Part shown: in pieces, positions 24,565 to 33,865 of the stretch
Numbering within the stretch: the stretch's first letter is position 1
Layout of the letters: each line of letters opens with the position of its first letter
Source: a virus
Lineage: Duplodnaviria > Caudoviricetes
Virus record (IMG/VR): IMGVR_UViG_3300038393_001293
Span: 1 to 33,876 of that record
Strand: one strand, 5' to 3'
Length of the DNA stretch: 33,876 bases
Notes under the pieces: model-generated
Told to the model about the DNA's origin: nothing
The model's database searches: none
What the model saw: only the letters and a program-made list of their open reading frames with translations
Translations under genes and position numbers: made by a program

Positions 24565-25022
24565 AGGTAGCCGCGCTCGACGAAGCATCGCTGCGCCACA
24601 TCTGCGCGAACCTGCGGCCGCAGAGTGAACGCGAGATTTTCGCCTGCCGATGGGACAGCAACCGCGAGAATCTTATACGGATGTTAATGACGCACTGCGC
24701 CGATCTTGCGTGGGTCGGCAGCCTCGATGCGCCGGTCTACGCCGGAGGCGCCGTGCAAGTGTGGCCTGGCGTTTGGCAGAGCTGGGGTTTCGGCACCGCA
24801 GAGTGGAACAAGGTCGCGATTCCGGTGACAAAATTTATCCGCCGGAGTATGCTGCCGACACTGAAAAAGCTCGGTTGTCATCGCCTAGAGTCCAAGTGCA
24901 TCGCGGGGGACGAGGAAGTCGCAAAATGGATGCGACTTCTCGGAGGTCACCAGGAAGCGGTGCTGCGCGGATACGGAAGAAACGGCGAGGACTTCATCTT
25001 GTACACCTGGAATTTTAACTGA
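24561..25022 (+). CDS. GNAT-fold protein (T7 gp13-like position)
   Basis: GTGA overlap; NLR....EI, W.FGT, KWMRLLG....AVLRGYG.NGEDF. Confidence 0.7.
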   Translation: MKVAALDEASLRHICANLRPQSEREIFACRWDSNRENLIRMLMTHCADLAWVGSLDAPVYAGGAVQVWPGVWQSWGFGTAEWNKVAIPVTKFIRRSMLPTLKKLGCHRLESKCIAGDEEVAKWMRLLGGHQEAVLRGYGRNGEDFILYTWNFN

Positions 25023-25987
25023 TGTGCGGCGGGAACCAAGCTGCCCAACGTGCTGCCGACGCTTCGGCGGCCGAAGCCGCGCGCCAGGCGCAGCTTGAGC
25101 GCGACCGATTGGCGCAGGAAGCGGCCGACGCGAAGGCCGAGGCCGAGCGCCGCGCCGCCGAGGACCAGAAGCGTTACGAGGACCAGCTCGCCACACAGAA
25201 GGCGGAAGCCGAAGCCCAGCGCAAGGCGATCGAGGACGCCAACGCCGCGACCCTGGCCGCGCAGCAGAAGATCGAGGACCAGCGCAAGGCCGACCGTGAG
25301 GCCGACCTCAAGCGCCAGGACGACGAGCGCAAAGCTGCGGAGCAGCTGGCGGCCGACAACGCCAAGAAGCTGACGGATTACTCCACCAACCGCCAGGATC
25401 TCATCGACAACGCTCGCAGCAACGTCTCTGGCGCCTTCGCGCCGTTCGACGACAGTTTCTACAAGAATTACGCGGACACCTACGTCGGCACGATGACGCC
25501 GCAGCTTGAGCAGGACTACAAGGACGCCAAGCGCGCGGCGACGTTCAACTTCGCCAACCGCGGCACTTTGAATAGCACCGCCGCGGCGCGCGCTTTCGGC
25601 CGACTGGACCAGCAGAGGGAATCCGCCGGCGCCGATATCGCGCAACGGGCACAGTCGGCTGCGTCGGCGTTCCGCGGTGACGTGGACAGCCAGCGCCAGC
25701 AGCTTCTCAACGGCATCTTCAGCGCCGCCAATAGCGCGCCGCCGATAACGGTGGACAACATCGGCGACGCCAACGCGTCGCTCCGGAGCCTGTCGGCGAG
25801 CCTCAACAGCCCGGTGAGCCTGGCGGCCTCCGCCGCGTCGACCGTCACCCCGCCGGCGTTCGGCAGCCTGACCAACCCCTTCGGCGCGTCCACGTATTCG
25901 CCCTACAGCCGGGCCACAACCGTGAGCGCCGGCACCAACGGTGCGTATACCTCGTCCGGCGGCACTAGCGGCCGGTTGGTGAACTGA
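25022..25987 (+). CDS. Putative internal virion / ejection protein
   Basis: MCGG start, Ala/Gln coiled coil, synteny. Confidence 0.7.
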   Translation: MCGGNQAAQRAADASAAEAARQAQLERDRLAQEAADAKAEAERRAAEDQKRYEDQLATQKAEAEAQRKAIEDANAATLAAQQKIEDQRKADREADLKRQDDERKAAEQLAADNAKKLTDYSTNRQDLIDNARSNVSGAFAPFDDSFYKNYADTYVGTMTPQLEQDYKDAKRAATFNFANRGTLNSTAAARAFGRLDQQRESAGADIAQRAQSAASAFRGDVDSQRQQLLNGIFSAANSAPPITVDNIGDANASLRSLSASLNSPVSLAASAASTVTPPAFGSLTNPFGASTYSPYSRATTVSAGTNGAYTSSGGTSGRLVN

Positions 25988-25988
25988 C

Positions 25989-27209
25989 ATGTGTACCGGA
26001 CTTGAAATTGCCGCGCTTGCCTTGGCCGGCGGAGGCGCAGGGGCACAGGTCGCTGGCGCGAACAACACTGCCAAGGGCAACGCCGCGGCCATGGATGCGC
26101 AGACCCGCACGTCCGCCAAGGAATTCGACACCCGCAACGCCCTCGCGAAGGACATTTTCGCCGAGAATAGCCAGGTGTCTGCCGACACTTACAACCAAAT
26201 GGCCACGCTGTCGGACCAGGAATTCCAGGCCCGCACCGGCCTGTCGAAAGACCAGTTCAACGGGCTGAACCGGATACAACAGGATCAGGTCGCGCGCGAT
26301 TTCCAGTCGGCCCAGGCCAACGTCGACCAAGGCCGGGCCATCCGCGAAGGCACCAACGCCACGCGCGACGCTGCCCGGGAACAGTATCTCGCCGATGTGG
26401 CAGCCGCCAACGGCAAGCAGGACGCCTTTCGCAAGCAGGGGGACACGGTCGCGTCCGATCTCGTCGCCGCGTTCACGCCCGAAGCGATGGCCGCTCGGCA
26501 GCAGGCCGCCCAGGCCGAGCGCGACGCGCTCGTCGCCAAAACCAACGCGCCCGTGGCTACTCAAGCCAGCGCCACGGCGAAGGACAACGTTCGCGCGGCC
26601 TTCGACCGCTATTCCGCCGCGGGCAAGGCCACGGCCGACGCCCGCACCGGCGCCCAATCAAAGATCGCGTCCATGAGCGACGCCGTGACCCAAGGCGGCC
26701 GTGCGATTGACGCCGGCAATGAGCGCACCGCTTTCCTGCGGGATTCCGTGGCGCGAGCCTTGTCGCCGCTGAGCGCCGTGCTCGACACCTCGTCGCAGCG
26801 CTACGCCAATGCGGCGGCAAGCGGGCAGGGGCGCCAGGCCAACGCGGACGCGGACCTCAATGCGGCACTTGGCCTTTCCAGCACCCAGGCCGGCGGCGAC
26901 GCCAAGGCGCTCAGCACCTACACCGGCGCGATGGACAACGCCTACGACCGCTACTACGGCGGCCGGCAGAGCAGCACCGCGACGCGCGGCGACACGCTCA
27001 TCAACGCGAACCAGACCAAGCTCGCCGGCAGCAACGCCGCCAGCAGCGCCTTCGAAAACAACATGAACAACATCACCAACTTCCGGATGGCCAACAACGG
27101 CAGCACGTTGAGCCAGATCGGCCAGCTGGCTTCCGCTTTCGCGCCCACCCTGCTGAACATCGGTCAACGCAACAAATTCTCGAAAGAAGTCAATGCCGGT
27201 ACGCCCTAA
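25989..27209 (+). CDS. Putative internal virion / ejection protein
   Basis: MCTGLEIAALALAGG start; Ala/Gln/Asn-rich and helical. Confidence 0.7.
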   Translation: MCTGLEIAALALAGGGAGAQVAGANNTAKGNAAAMDAQTRTSAKEFDTRNALAKDIFAENSQVSADTYNQMATLSDQEFQARTGLSKDQFNGLNRIQQDQVARDFQSAQANVDQGRAIREGTNATRDAAREQYLADVAAANGKQDAFRKQGDTVASDLVAAFTPEAMAARQQAAQAERDALVAKTNAPVATQASATAKDNVRAAFDRYSAAGKATADARTGAQSKIASMSDAVTQGGRAIDAGNERTAFLRDSVARALSPLSAVLDTSSQRYANAAASGQGRQANADADLNAALGLSSTQAGGDAKALSTYTGAMDNAYDRYYGGRQSSTATRGDTLINANQTKLAGSNAASSAFENNMNNITNFRMANNGSTLSQIGQLASAFAPTLLNIGQRNKFSKEVNAGTP

Positions 27210-28674
27210 TCCTTATTACGGCAGCCCTGACGTCTACAGCAGCCGCGGCCTCGCTCCATCCGGCAGTATTGGCGGAAGCTCCGTCGCGTTGCCACTGGCG
27301 CAGCTTGCGTCGACCATCGCCGAGGCCGCCACCTACGACCCGAAGAACGACCCCCGGGTGATCGAGGCGCGCGCCAACAAGCTGAAGATCAATCAGGCTG
27401 CCGACGCCGCCACGGCCGCGCGTCAAGAGCGCGACATGTTCAACGACCCGACGATTCCGTTGGGCGACATCGCGTCTCACGCGCTCGCCTATGGTCACGC
27501 CAAGCCGGAGGACGCCGGCAAGCTGGCGCTTCTCGCTGCCGCGGCACGCGGCGTCGCGCCGGGCAAGAGCATGGACGACGCGCTTTCCGGCATGGGGCTT
27601 TATGAACTCGCCTCCGGCACGCCGGGCGGCTCGACGTTCAACGCCTCCACCTATACCAGCCGGATGAAGCCGACCGAGGTGCTCGAGAGCGGCAAGCCGG
27701 TGCTGCGCGCGGCGCAGGACAGCTATGGCAGCACGCCGGTGCTCAGCGACGCCAACCAGAAAGGCCTCATGCTGGGCAACCTGGCCGCCGATGCAGCCCA
27801 TCCCATGTCCCGGGCGGAACAGCTCGCCGCCGTCGGCGCTCAGCCAAACCACCCCGACGTTTACAGCTACCTCGGCCCGAACGGCGAGAAGGGCACCACC
27901 ACCGACCCGGCGGCGTACAGCAAGCCGGGCTGGATGCTGTACAAGGCCACGGTGCAAAGCGCCGACCCGAACGGGCTCACCACCGGCGTCAAGACGGATG
28001 TGCAGAAGGCCCAGCTCGGACTGCAGAACTTCCGCGACCTGGTGGGTATGGCGCGCTCCGTCGCGACCAAAGATCCCACGCTGTTCGGCGTCACCGGCGA
28101 AGCGCGTCGCTTCGGTCAGGAGGTCGCGCAGCAGCTCGGCAACGTCAAGCTCATGTCGTCTGGCGAGAAGGCGGGCAGCCTCGACAACGCCTACCAGGAT
28201 GCGATGGCCCAGATGGCCGCCAATGGCATCACCATCCCGGGCATGGAGAAATACGACCCGAACCTGAGCGACATCGCCAAGCTGAGCGTGCTCCTGCGTT
28301 ACGCCGGCGCCGCCGCGCTGGCGGGCCAGCAGGGCCGGTCTGTGTCGAACGAGGACGTGAAGACGTTCGCGAACGTGGTGGGCGACCCGCGCAGCTTCCT
28401 GTCGTCGCAGCAGCAATACCTGTCCGGCCTCGACCTCATGGACCGCATCGCCAACAACATGGCCGGCCGCAACGCTGGCGCGCTGGGCGATGTAGCGGCT
28501 GGCGCAGCCACGCCGCCCGGTGCTGGTGCGCCGGCTGCCCCCGCGGCCGCTCCGGCGCCTGCGCCCGCAGCGCCGCCCCCGGCTGGCGGCCCGCAGAAGG
28601 GCGCGATCGAGGACGGTTATGAGTTCCTGGGCGGTGATCCCGCCAATCAGGCCAACTGGCGGAAGGTAAACTAA
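27193..28674 (+). CDS. Putative internal virion / ejection protein
   Basis: Helical, with a Pro/Ala linker and C-terminal GYEFLGGDPA...NWRKV module. Confidence 0.7.
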   Translation: MPVRPNPYYGSPDVYSSRGLAPSGSIGGSSVALPLAQLASTIAEAATYDPKNDPRVIEARANKLKINQAADAATAARQERDMFNDPTIPLGDIASHALAYGHAKPEDAGKLALLAAAARGVAPGKSMDDALSGMGLYELASGTPGGSTFNASTYTSRMKPTEVLESGKPVLRAAQDSYGSTPVLSDANQKGLMLGNLAADAAHPMSRAEQLAAVGAQPNHPDVYSYLGPNGEKGTTTDPAAYSKPGWMLYKATVQSADPNGLTTGVKTDVQKAQLGLQNFRDLVGMARSVATKDPTLFGVTGEARRFGQEVAQQLGNVKLMSSGEKAGSLDNAYQDAMAQMAANGITIPGMEKYDPNLSDIAKLSVLLRYAGAAALAGQQGRSVSNEDVKTFANVVGDPRSFLSSQQQYLSGLDLMDRIANNMAGRNAGALGDVAAGAATPPGAGAPAAPAAAPAPAPAAPPPAGGPQKGAIEDGYEFLGGDPANQANWRKVN

Positions 28675-31607
28675 TGCCGGGCCCGTGGGACAAGTACCAA
28701 TCCGCCGCTCCGGCGGCCGATGGGCCGTGGGCGAAGTATCAGCCCGCACCGGCCGCACCGGCCGCGCCGGTTGACCAGCCGGTCCAGCTTCCGACCGAGC
28801 CCCCCGTCGTGCCTGGCGCCGGCACTCCCACCGGCTACAAGCCGCCGAGCCTTGGGCAAGACATCGTCACCGGCCTCGAGCGAGGCGTCCAGGGCACCGG
28901 CCGCGGCATCGCCGACCTCGCCGGCGCGCCGGTCGACCTTGCGACGCTCGCCATCAACCTCGCTTCCGCCGCCGGTGAGAAGGGCCTCCAAGGCGCCCGC
29001 TACGTCGGCAACAAGCTGACCGGCGGCGCGCTCGGCGATGGCCCCATCACCCTGCCGCGCATCGAAAAGCCGTTCCTCGGCTCAAACGACATCGCCGACG
29101 CGAGTTCCGAAATCGCCACCGCGGCGGGCTTCCCGGTCGCCGATCCGGAGCAGATGTCCATGGCCGATCGGATGGCCTACAAGGCCAATGAATTCGCCAC
29201 GTCCGGCGGCTTGGGCGGCATGGCTGCGCGCGAGGTCGCGCTCGCCCGCAACGCCATCCCCAATCGGGCCCCAAAACTGGGCGACGCCTTTGTCGCGCCA
29301 TATGAGAAGGGCGACATTTCCCCCGTGGTCGGCGACGCCGCGGCCGGCGCCGGTTCCGGTTCAGCCATCGGCGCCTACGAAGCCGCCGTGCCGCCGGAGA
29401 AGCGCAGCCCGCTCGCCGAGTTCGTCGCGTCCCTGATTGGGGGCGTGGGTGGCGGCGCGGCCAAGACGCTCGCCACCACCCCGGCCAAGGTCGCCAAGAC
29501 CGTTCGCGATGCGTCGGTCGAAAGCCGACTTCCGTATCTGGAAGACGGCGCCGGCGGCAAGATCCCGGTGACCAAGGGTGCGGCCGACAAGGCCGCCGAA
29601 TACGCACAGCGCAACGCCGACAACCCGCGCCAGGCCGCTGACACCATCCAGACCAAGGCCCGGGAATACCGCGACGCCGGCCTGCCGGTGCCGACCACCG
29701 GCACGATGAGCGGTGACGTCGGGCTTGGCGCTATCGAGCAGGGCGACCGCGTCCGCAATCCGGTGCCGTACCAGCGCAAGGATCAAGCGACCCGCACCGC
29801 GGCGGCCGAACAGCTGCAGAGCGTGGCCCCCGCCGACGCCGAGCCCCGCGCCGCGACGGAGTTCGCCGGCAAGGACGCGAAGACCCGGAGCGCCGCCGCG
29901 GCCGTTCAGGTCGCCCAAGCCGAGAAAGCCGATCAGGCCGCTCAGGCCGCTGAGCAAGCTACCGCCGCGCCGTTCCGCGAAGGCGCCAACCCGCAGGCGG
30001 CGTCCCGCGCGCTGGACAAGGTCGTGGTCGAAGACACGATGCAGCCCCGCGCCGCCGAAAAGAACGCGAAATTCGCCGCGATCCCGGATGCCGAACGCGA
30101 CGTGACCCCGATGCTGGCCGCCGCTGCCAAGGTGCGCGACACGCTGGGCAGCCTGAACAATCCGAGCGCCATCATCCCGGAAGCGACGCTGCGTCGCATC
30201 GAAGCGCTCGCGCCCCAGACCGTCGAAAAGCCCGGCGAGCCGGCCACGTTCAAGGTCGACCAGATGGGCGTCAGCGAAAAGGTGTCCGGTGGTCCGACCG
30301 TCGAGACGACCGGCGGCAAGGTCAGCTTCCAGGACTTGAACAAGCTGCGCCCCGAGCTGTCCGACGCGGTGATCGCCGCCCGGAAGGCCGGAAACTTCAC
30401 CTTGGCCGACAACCTCAAGGCCCTGAAGCGCGAGATCAACACGGAAGCCGAACGTATGGCTGCCGAGGGCAACCCAGAAGCCGCCGGCGCGCTCGACTAC
30501 TTCAAAAACGAGTTCGCACCGTACTTCGGCGACGGCGCCGGCGGGCAGCTGCGCAAGGACATCAACGCCGACACCCCGAACCGGGCCGCCACGCCGCCGT
30601 CCGGCACCGCCGAGCGGTTCCTGTTCACCGGTTCAGGCTCCAAAGAGGCCGCCGCGGATCTGCGCAAGATCCTCGAAATCGCCCCCGACCCAGCGGCCGG
30701 CCAGAAAGCCGCGCGCAACTATATTCTGTCCGACCTGGCCAAGACGGTCGATAAAAACGGGACCATCGACCCCCGCCGCTTGAAGGACTGGATGGGTAAG
30801 CGCTCGGAAATGCTGTCGGAATTCCCCTCCGTCGAAGCGGAGATGCAAAAGCTGCTGCAAGATGTCGTGAATGGTCGTTCTAAGTCGAATACATCTGCAG
30901 TTGAGCTGAAGAAGGCGCTCAGCAGTGCGAAGCTGACGGAACAGGACATCGCCAACGGCAACCTGTCGCTGCTTCTCGACTCGAGTCCCGAGGTCGCGGT
31001 GGCCAAAGTGTTTGGTGCCAGCGATCCCGAGAAGGCCATGGCCGGCATCGTGCAGGGGCTCGGCAAGGACGCCGCGGCGCGCGACGGCTGGAAGAAAGCT
31101 GTAAGCGATTATCTGTCCAAGCGCGTCACCGGCACCAACACCCAGTTGACCGACACCGGCGACCCGGCGGTGCAGTACGCGGCCATGGCCAAGATGTTGC
31201 GCGACCACAAGAATACGCTCGCCAAGGTCTACACGCCTGACGAGATGAACGCCCTTCAAAAAGCCCAGAAATTGCTGGAACCTTTTGGGGCTTTGAGCCG
31301 GCGCGCGACCGTCGGCAGCCCCACCGCGGAGAACAACGCCGTGGCCTGGCGCACCCTGGAAGCCGGCATGAAGGCCTACTTCGGCGTCCTGAAGGGCGGC
31401 GGCATCATGCGGTCGATCAAGCTCGCCGCCAGCACCATCCCGAACCACGATGCCGAGGTCATGGCGCTCGTTCACAAGATGCAGTTCGACCCAGAGGTGG
31501 CCGTTCACCTCCTGAACCGGCCGCTGTCCGAAGTCGGCACACCGGCTTGGAATGGCAAGCTAAACCGCCTCCTCGGGATCGCCGCCGCGAGCCGCGAAGA
31601 ACGTTAA
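28674..31607 (+). CDS. Large internal virion / DNA ejection protein (977 aa)
   Basis: N-terminal GPWxKYQ repeated twice, Gly/Ala-rich hydrophobic segments; last structural gene. Confidence 0.72.
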   Translation: MPGPWDKYQSAAPAADGPWAKYQPAPAAPAAPVDQPVQLPTEPPVVPGAGTPTGYKPPSLGQDIVTGLERGVQGTGRGIADLAGAPVDLATLAINLASAAGEKGLQGARYVGNKLTGGALGDGPITLPRIEKPFLGSNDIADASSEIATAAGFPVADPEQMSMADRMAYKANEFATSGGLGGMAAREVALARNAIPNRAPKLGDAFVAPYEKGDISPVVGDAAAGAGSGSAIGAYEAAVPPEKRSPLAEFVASLIGGVGGGAAKTLATTPAKVAKTVRDASVESRLPYLEDGAGGKIPVTKGAADKAAEYAQRNADNPRQAADTIQTKAREYRDAGLPVPTTGTMSGDVGLGAIEQGDRVRNPVPYQRKDQATRTAAAEQLQSVAPADAEPRAATEFAGKDAKTRSAAAAVQVAQAEKADQAAQAAEQATAAPFREGANPQAASRALDKVVVEDTMQPRAAEKNAKFAAIPDAERDVTPMLAAAAKVRDTLGSLNNPSAIIPEATLRRIEALAPQTVEKPGEPATFKVDQMGVSEKVSGGPTVETTGGKVSFQDLNKLRPELSDAVIAARKAGNFTLADNLKALKREINTEAERMAAEGNPEAAGALDYFKNEFAPYFGDGAGGQLRKDINADTPNRAATPPSGTAERFLFTGSGSKEAAADLRKILEIAPDPAAGQKAARNYILSDLAKTVDKNGTIDPRRLKDWMGKRSEMLSEFPSVEAEMQKLLQDVVNGRSKSNTSAVELKKALSSAKLTEQDIANGNLSLLLDSSPEVAVAKVFGASDPEKAMAGIVQGLGKDAAARDGWKKAVSDYLSKRVTGTNTQLTDTGDPAVQYAAMAKMLRDHKNTLAKVYTPDEMNALQKAQKLLEPFGALSRRATVGSPTAENNAVAWRTLEAGMKAYFGVLKGGGIMRSIKLAASTIPNHDAEVMALVHKMQFDPEVAVHLLNRPLSEVGTPAWNGKLNRLLGIAAASREER

Positions 31608-31628
31608 AACCTCACGTTGAAATTAAAG

Positions 31629-31664
31629 TTGACGTGTCGTATCTGTCGTGTATTGTCGCATTGT
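31629..31664 (+). promoter_or_regulatory. Promoter of the XRE-xis-int operon, overlapped by three TGTCG repeats
   Basis: TTGACG-N16-TATTGT; TGTCG at 31635, 31644, 31654; AT-rich UP-like segment upstream. Confidence 0.7.
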
Positions 31665-31710
31665 TTAGAGGGTGATAAAACCCCAACAGTGAACAAGAAC
31701 GGAGATCGAC

Positions 31711-32151
31711 GTGGGCACCGAAGGAACACTTAAGCGCGAGTTCGCTAAGCGACTTGCGGCGGAAATTAATAAACAGGGGTGGAATGGGTCTGAATTGGCG
31801 CGACGCGCGTCCAAGTACGCACCGGTCACCCGCGACAACGTCAGCAATTATTTGAACGCAGCAGCCATCGCCGGGCCGACCAAGCTCGTCGCGATGGCCA
31901 AAGCGCTTAACGTCACCCCTACCGATCTTCTGCCATCCCGGCCCCGCGACCCCGCGGCGGCCGCGTCTCCTCTTCAGATGCGCGACCTGGGGAACGGGAC
32001 TGCTCAGCTCACCATCGACCGCGTAGTGCCTTATCGCCTGGCCCTGGATGTTTTGAACCTGCTCGGGGCGTCAACCAACACTGACGATGAGGACAAAAAT
32101 GGAGGACATCACGACAGCGGCCCTCGCCGCCGAGTTTCGGGTCACCGTTAG
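31711..32151 (+). CDS. XRE-family HTH regulator (repressor-like)
   Basis: FAKRL...GWNGSELAR...RDNVSNYL...AKALNVTPTDLLP; GGAG RBS. Confidence 0.85.
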   Translation: MGTEGTLKREFAKRLAAEINKQGWNGSELARRASKYAPVTRDNVSNYLNAAAIAGPTKLVAMAKALNVTPTDLLPSRPRDPAAAASPLQMRDLGNGTAQLTIDRVVPYRLALDVLNLLGASTNTDDEDKNGGHHDSGPRRRVSGHR

Positions 32152-32452
32152 GACGGTGCAGCGGTGGCTCGACAGCGAGAAGATCAAGCCGAGCTATTTC
32201 ACACCCAGCGGCCGCGCGCGTTTCACGCCGGCGTATGTTGCGGAGCTTAAGCGATGCCAAGGCCAAAGCGAGACGTCCCCTGGCTCGACACCCGAGACGG
32301 CACCTACTACGTCTTCTGGTACGATGTCGGAAAGCGACGCACAGACCGCCTCAGCCTTCGTACAGAAGACCCTGGCGAAGCGGCGCATCGCTACGCTGCC
32401 TTCCTCACCCAGGGGCGTGACATCTACGCCGGCGATAAACGTGCTGGACTGA
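32099..32452 (+). CDS. xis: Excisionase-like MerR/BldC-type winged HTH protein
   Basis: TTAALAAEFRVTVRTVQRW...TPSGRARF; GAGGA RBS; immediately upstream of the integrase. Confidence 0.75.
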   Translation: MEDITTAALAAEFRVTVRTVQRWLDSEKIKPSYFTPSGRARFTPAYVAELKRCQGQSETSPGSTPETAPTTSSGTMSESDAQTASAFVQKTLAKRRIATLPSSPRGVTSTPAINVLD

Positions 32453-33342
32453 CCTGCGGCGCCGCGTTGGACTATTACCTGACGGAACATGTCAGGGTGA
32501 AGGTGGTCGACGCGCAGCGGCAGGAGGACGCGATAGCCAACCTGCGGCTCTATTTCGACAAGCTGCAGGTGGCCGATGTGGGGATCCCTGAAAGTCGGGC
32601 CTACACCGAAGGTCGTATGTCGGGGGCGATATGTCGGAAGACGAAGCACGGCAGGGTACGGCGGGCGTCGGCGGGGACCGTGAAGCGGGAACTGTCGACG
32701 CTGATGGCGGCGCTAAACCACGCGGTGGCGTGGAAGCGGCTGAAGCGTGACGAGCTGCCGACCCTAGAGAAACCCAAGACGAAGCGGAGCAAGGGCCTAT
32801 GGCTGTTTCCGGACGAACTGGCGAAGCTGCGGGCGGCCGCGGACCAGAAAACGCGGGACTTCATCGACCTGGCTTATTACACGGCGGCGCGTCGCCGGAG
32901 CATCGAGACCCTTACCTGGTTCCAGGTGGACCTGGAAAGGGGCCGAATCAACCTCGCCAAGCCGGACGACCCGGTGACCAAGAAGCGGAAGCCGATCGTG
33001 CCAATCGCGGCCGAGCTGATGCCGATTATCAGGAGGCTCTACGACGAGAAAACGAACGAGTGGGTCCTGGGGTCGTCATCTTCAACTTGGAGTGGCTTCA
33101 AAAGTGCGAGGCGGATGGCCGGATTACGTACCCTATCCGCGAAAGATATGCGGCCCTCGGGTTCGCTGTCGCCCCACGTCCTCCGGCACAGCCGCGCGAC
33201 GCACCTGCTCCAAAGCGGGGCTAAGCCAAAGTTCGTGGCCGACTTACTCGGTGACGACGTTATGACCGTGCTGCGGGTCTACGGCCATGCCTGCCCCGAC
33301 TGGATGGCCGACGAGATGGGCGTGAAGGAGGGCGACGAATGA
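32254..33342 (+). CDS. int: Tyrosine integrase
   Basis: Arm-binding N-terminus (YYVFWYD..RLSLRT), YTAAR, HVLRH, LLGD, RVY. Confidence 0.93.
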   Translation: MPRPKRDVPWLDTRDGTYYVFWYDVGKRRTDRLSLRTEDPGEAAHRYAAFLTQGRDIYAGDKRAGLTCGAALDYYLTEHVRVKVVDAQRQEDAIANLRLYFDKLQVADVGIPESRAYTEGRMSGAICRKTKHGRVRRASAGTVKRELSTLMAALNHAVAWKRLKRDELPTLEKPKTKRSKGLWLFPDELAKLRAAADQKTRDFIDLAYYTAARRRSIETLTWFQVDLERGRINLAKPDDPVTKKRKPIVPIAAELMPIIRRLYDEKTNEWVLGSSSSTWSGFKSARRMAGLRTLSAKDMRPSGSLSPHVLRHSRATHLLQSGAKPKFVADLLGDDVMTVLRVYGHACPDWMADEMGVKEGDE

Positions 33343-33425
33343 ATATCTTCCGTCACATCATCGGCCTGCTCATCCTGCTAGGCTTCGCCGTCGTGGCGCT
33401 TGGCCTGTTCGTCCTTGGGGCCTAG
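33339..33425 (+). CDS. Hydrophobic micropeptide, 28 aa (MNIFRHIIGLLILLGFAVVALGLFVLGA)
   Basis: AAGGAGG RBS; ATGA overlap with the int stop. Confidence 0.6.
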   Translation: MNIFRHIIGLLILLGFAVVALGLFVLGA

Positions 33426-33436
33426 AGGTTCGTGAA

Positions 33437-33640
33437 ATGATTGATGGCTTTTCCATATCCAAGGAAAACGGCGCCGTAGTGCTGAAGTTTTATGAGCCGG
33501 CCGTCCAGATCGTTCTGGCGCCGCAAATGGCCCGGGATATCGGTGGCCTCATGGTGGCCTACAGCCTGCAACTCGGAGCCAAAGAGCCCGAGAGTCAGGA
33601 AGAACGCGAATCCAGGCCGCCGTCGTCGCCCTCCTGGTAG
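33437..33640 (+). CDS. Hypothetical protein (67 aa)
   Basis: GAGGT RBS; last ORF before att. Confidence 0.55.
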   Translation: MIDGFSISKENGAVVLKFYEPAVQIVLAPQMARDIGGLMVAYSLQLGAKEPESQEERESRPPSSPSW

Positions 33641-33773
33641 CCCCACAGAGGCCCGCCTTTGGTGGCGCGTTACGTACCGGATGCGGTTACCGTTTGTCGT
33701 TAAACGTCGTCCCGAAAATTTGCAAAATTCAGGTTTTCCAGTCGCTTAGTAAAACACGACAAAACGCGGCAAG

Positions 33774-33820
33774 GCCCTTTCACGGCGGTAACCGGGGTTC
33801 GAATCCCCGTGGGGACGCCA
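33774..33820 (+). tRNA. 3' half of tRNA-Glu(TTC), truncated; attachment-site core (attP or attR)
   Basis: GCC-CTTTCAC-GGCGG-TAAC-CGGGG-TTCGAAT-CCCCG-TGGGGAC-GCCA gives anticodon loop, T arm, acceptor 3' strand and CCA; the 5' half is absent; lies downstream of the integrase. Confidence 0.92.
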
Positions 33821-33827
33821 CGAATTA

Positions 33828-33865
33828 ACAAAGGACGACAAGGCTTTAGCCCTGTCGTCCTTTGT
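33828..33865. terminator. Long hairpin after the tRNA fragment
   Basis: 13-bp perfect stem ACAAAGGACGACA/TGTCGTCCTTTGT. Confidence 0.7.

Noticed and set aside
14272-31508. Long antisense or alternate-frame ORFs (e.g. 14272..15474, 19251..20483, 21049..22380, 23275..24588, 27190..28758)
   Set aside because: These are shadows of high-GC codon bias opposite clear structural genes, with no recognisable motifs.
33740-33820. Complete tRNA-Glu gene
   Set aside because: The upstream sequence lacks the acceptor 5' strand and D arm; only the 3' half is present.
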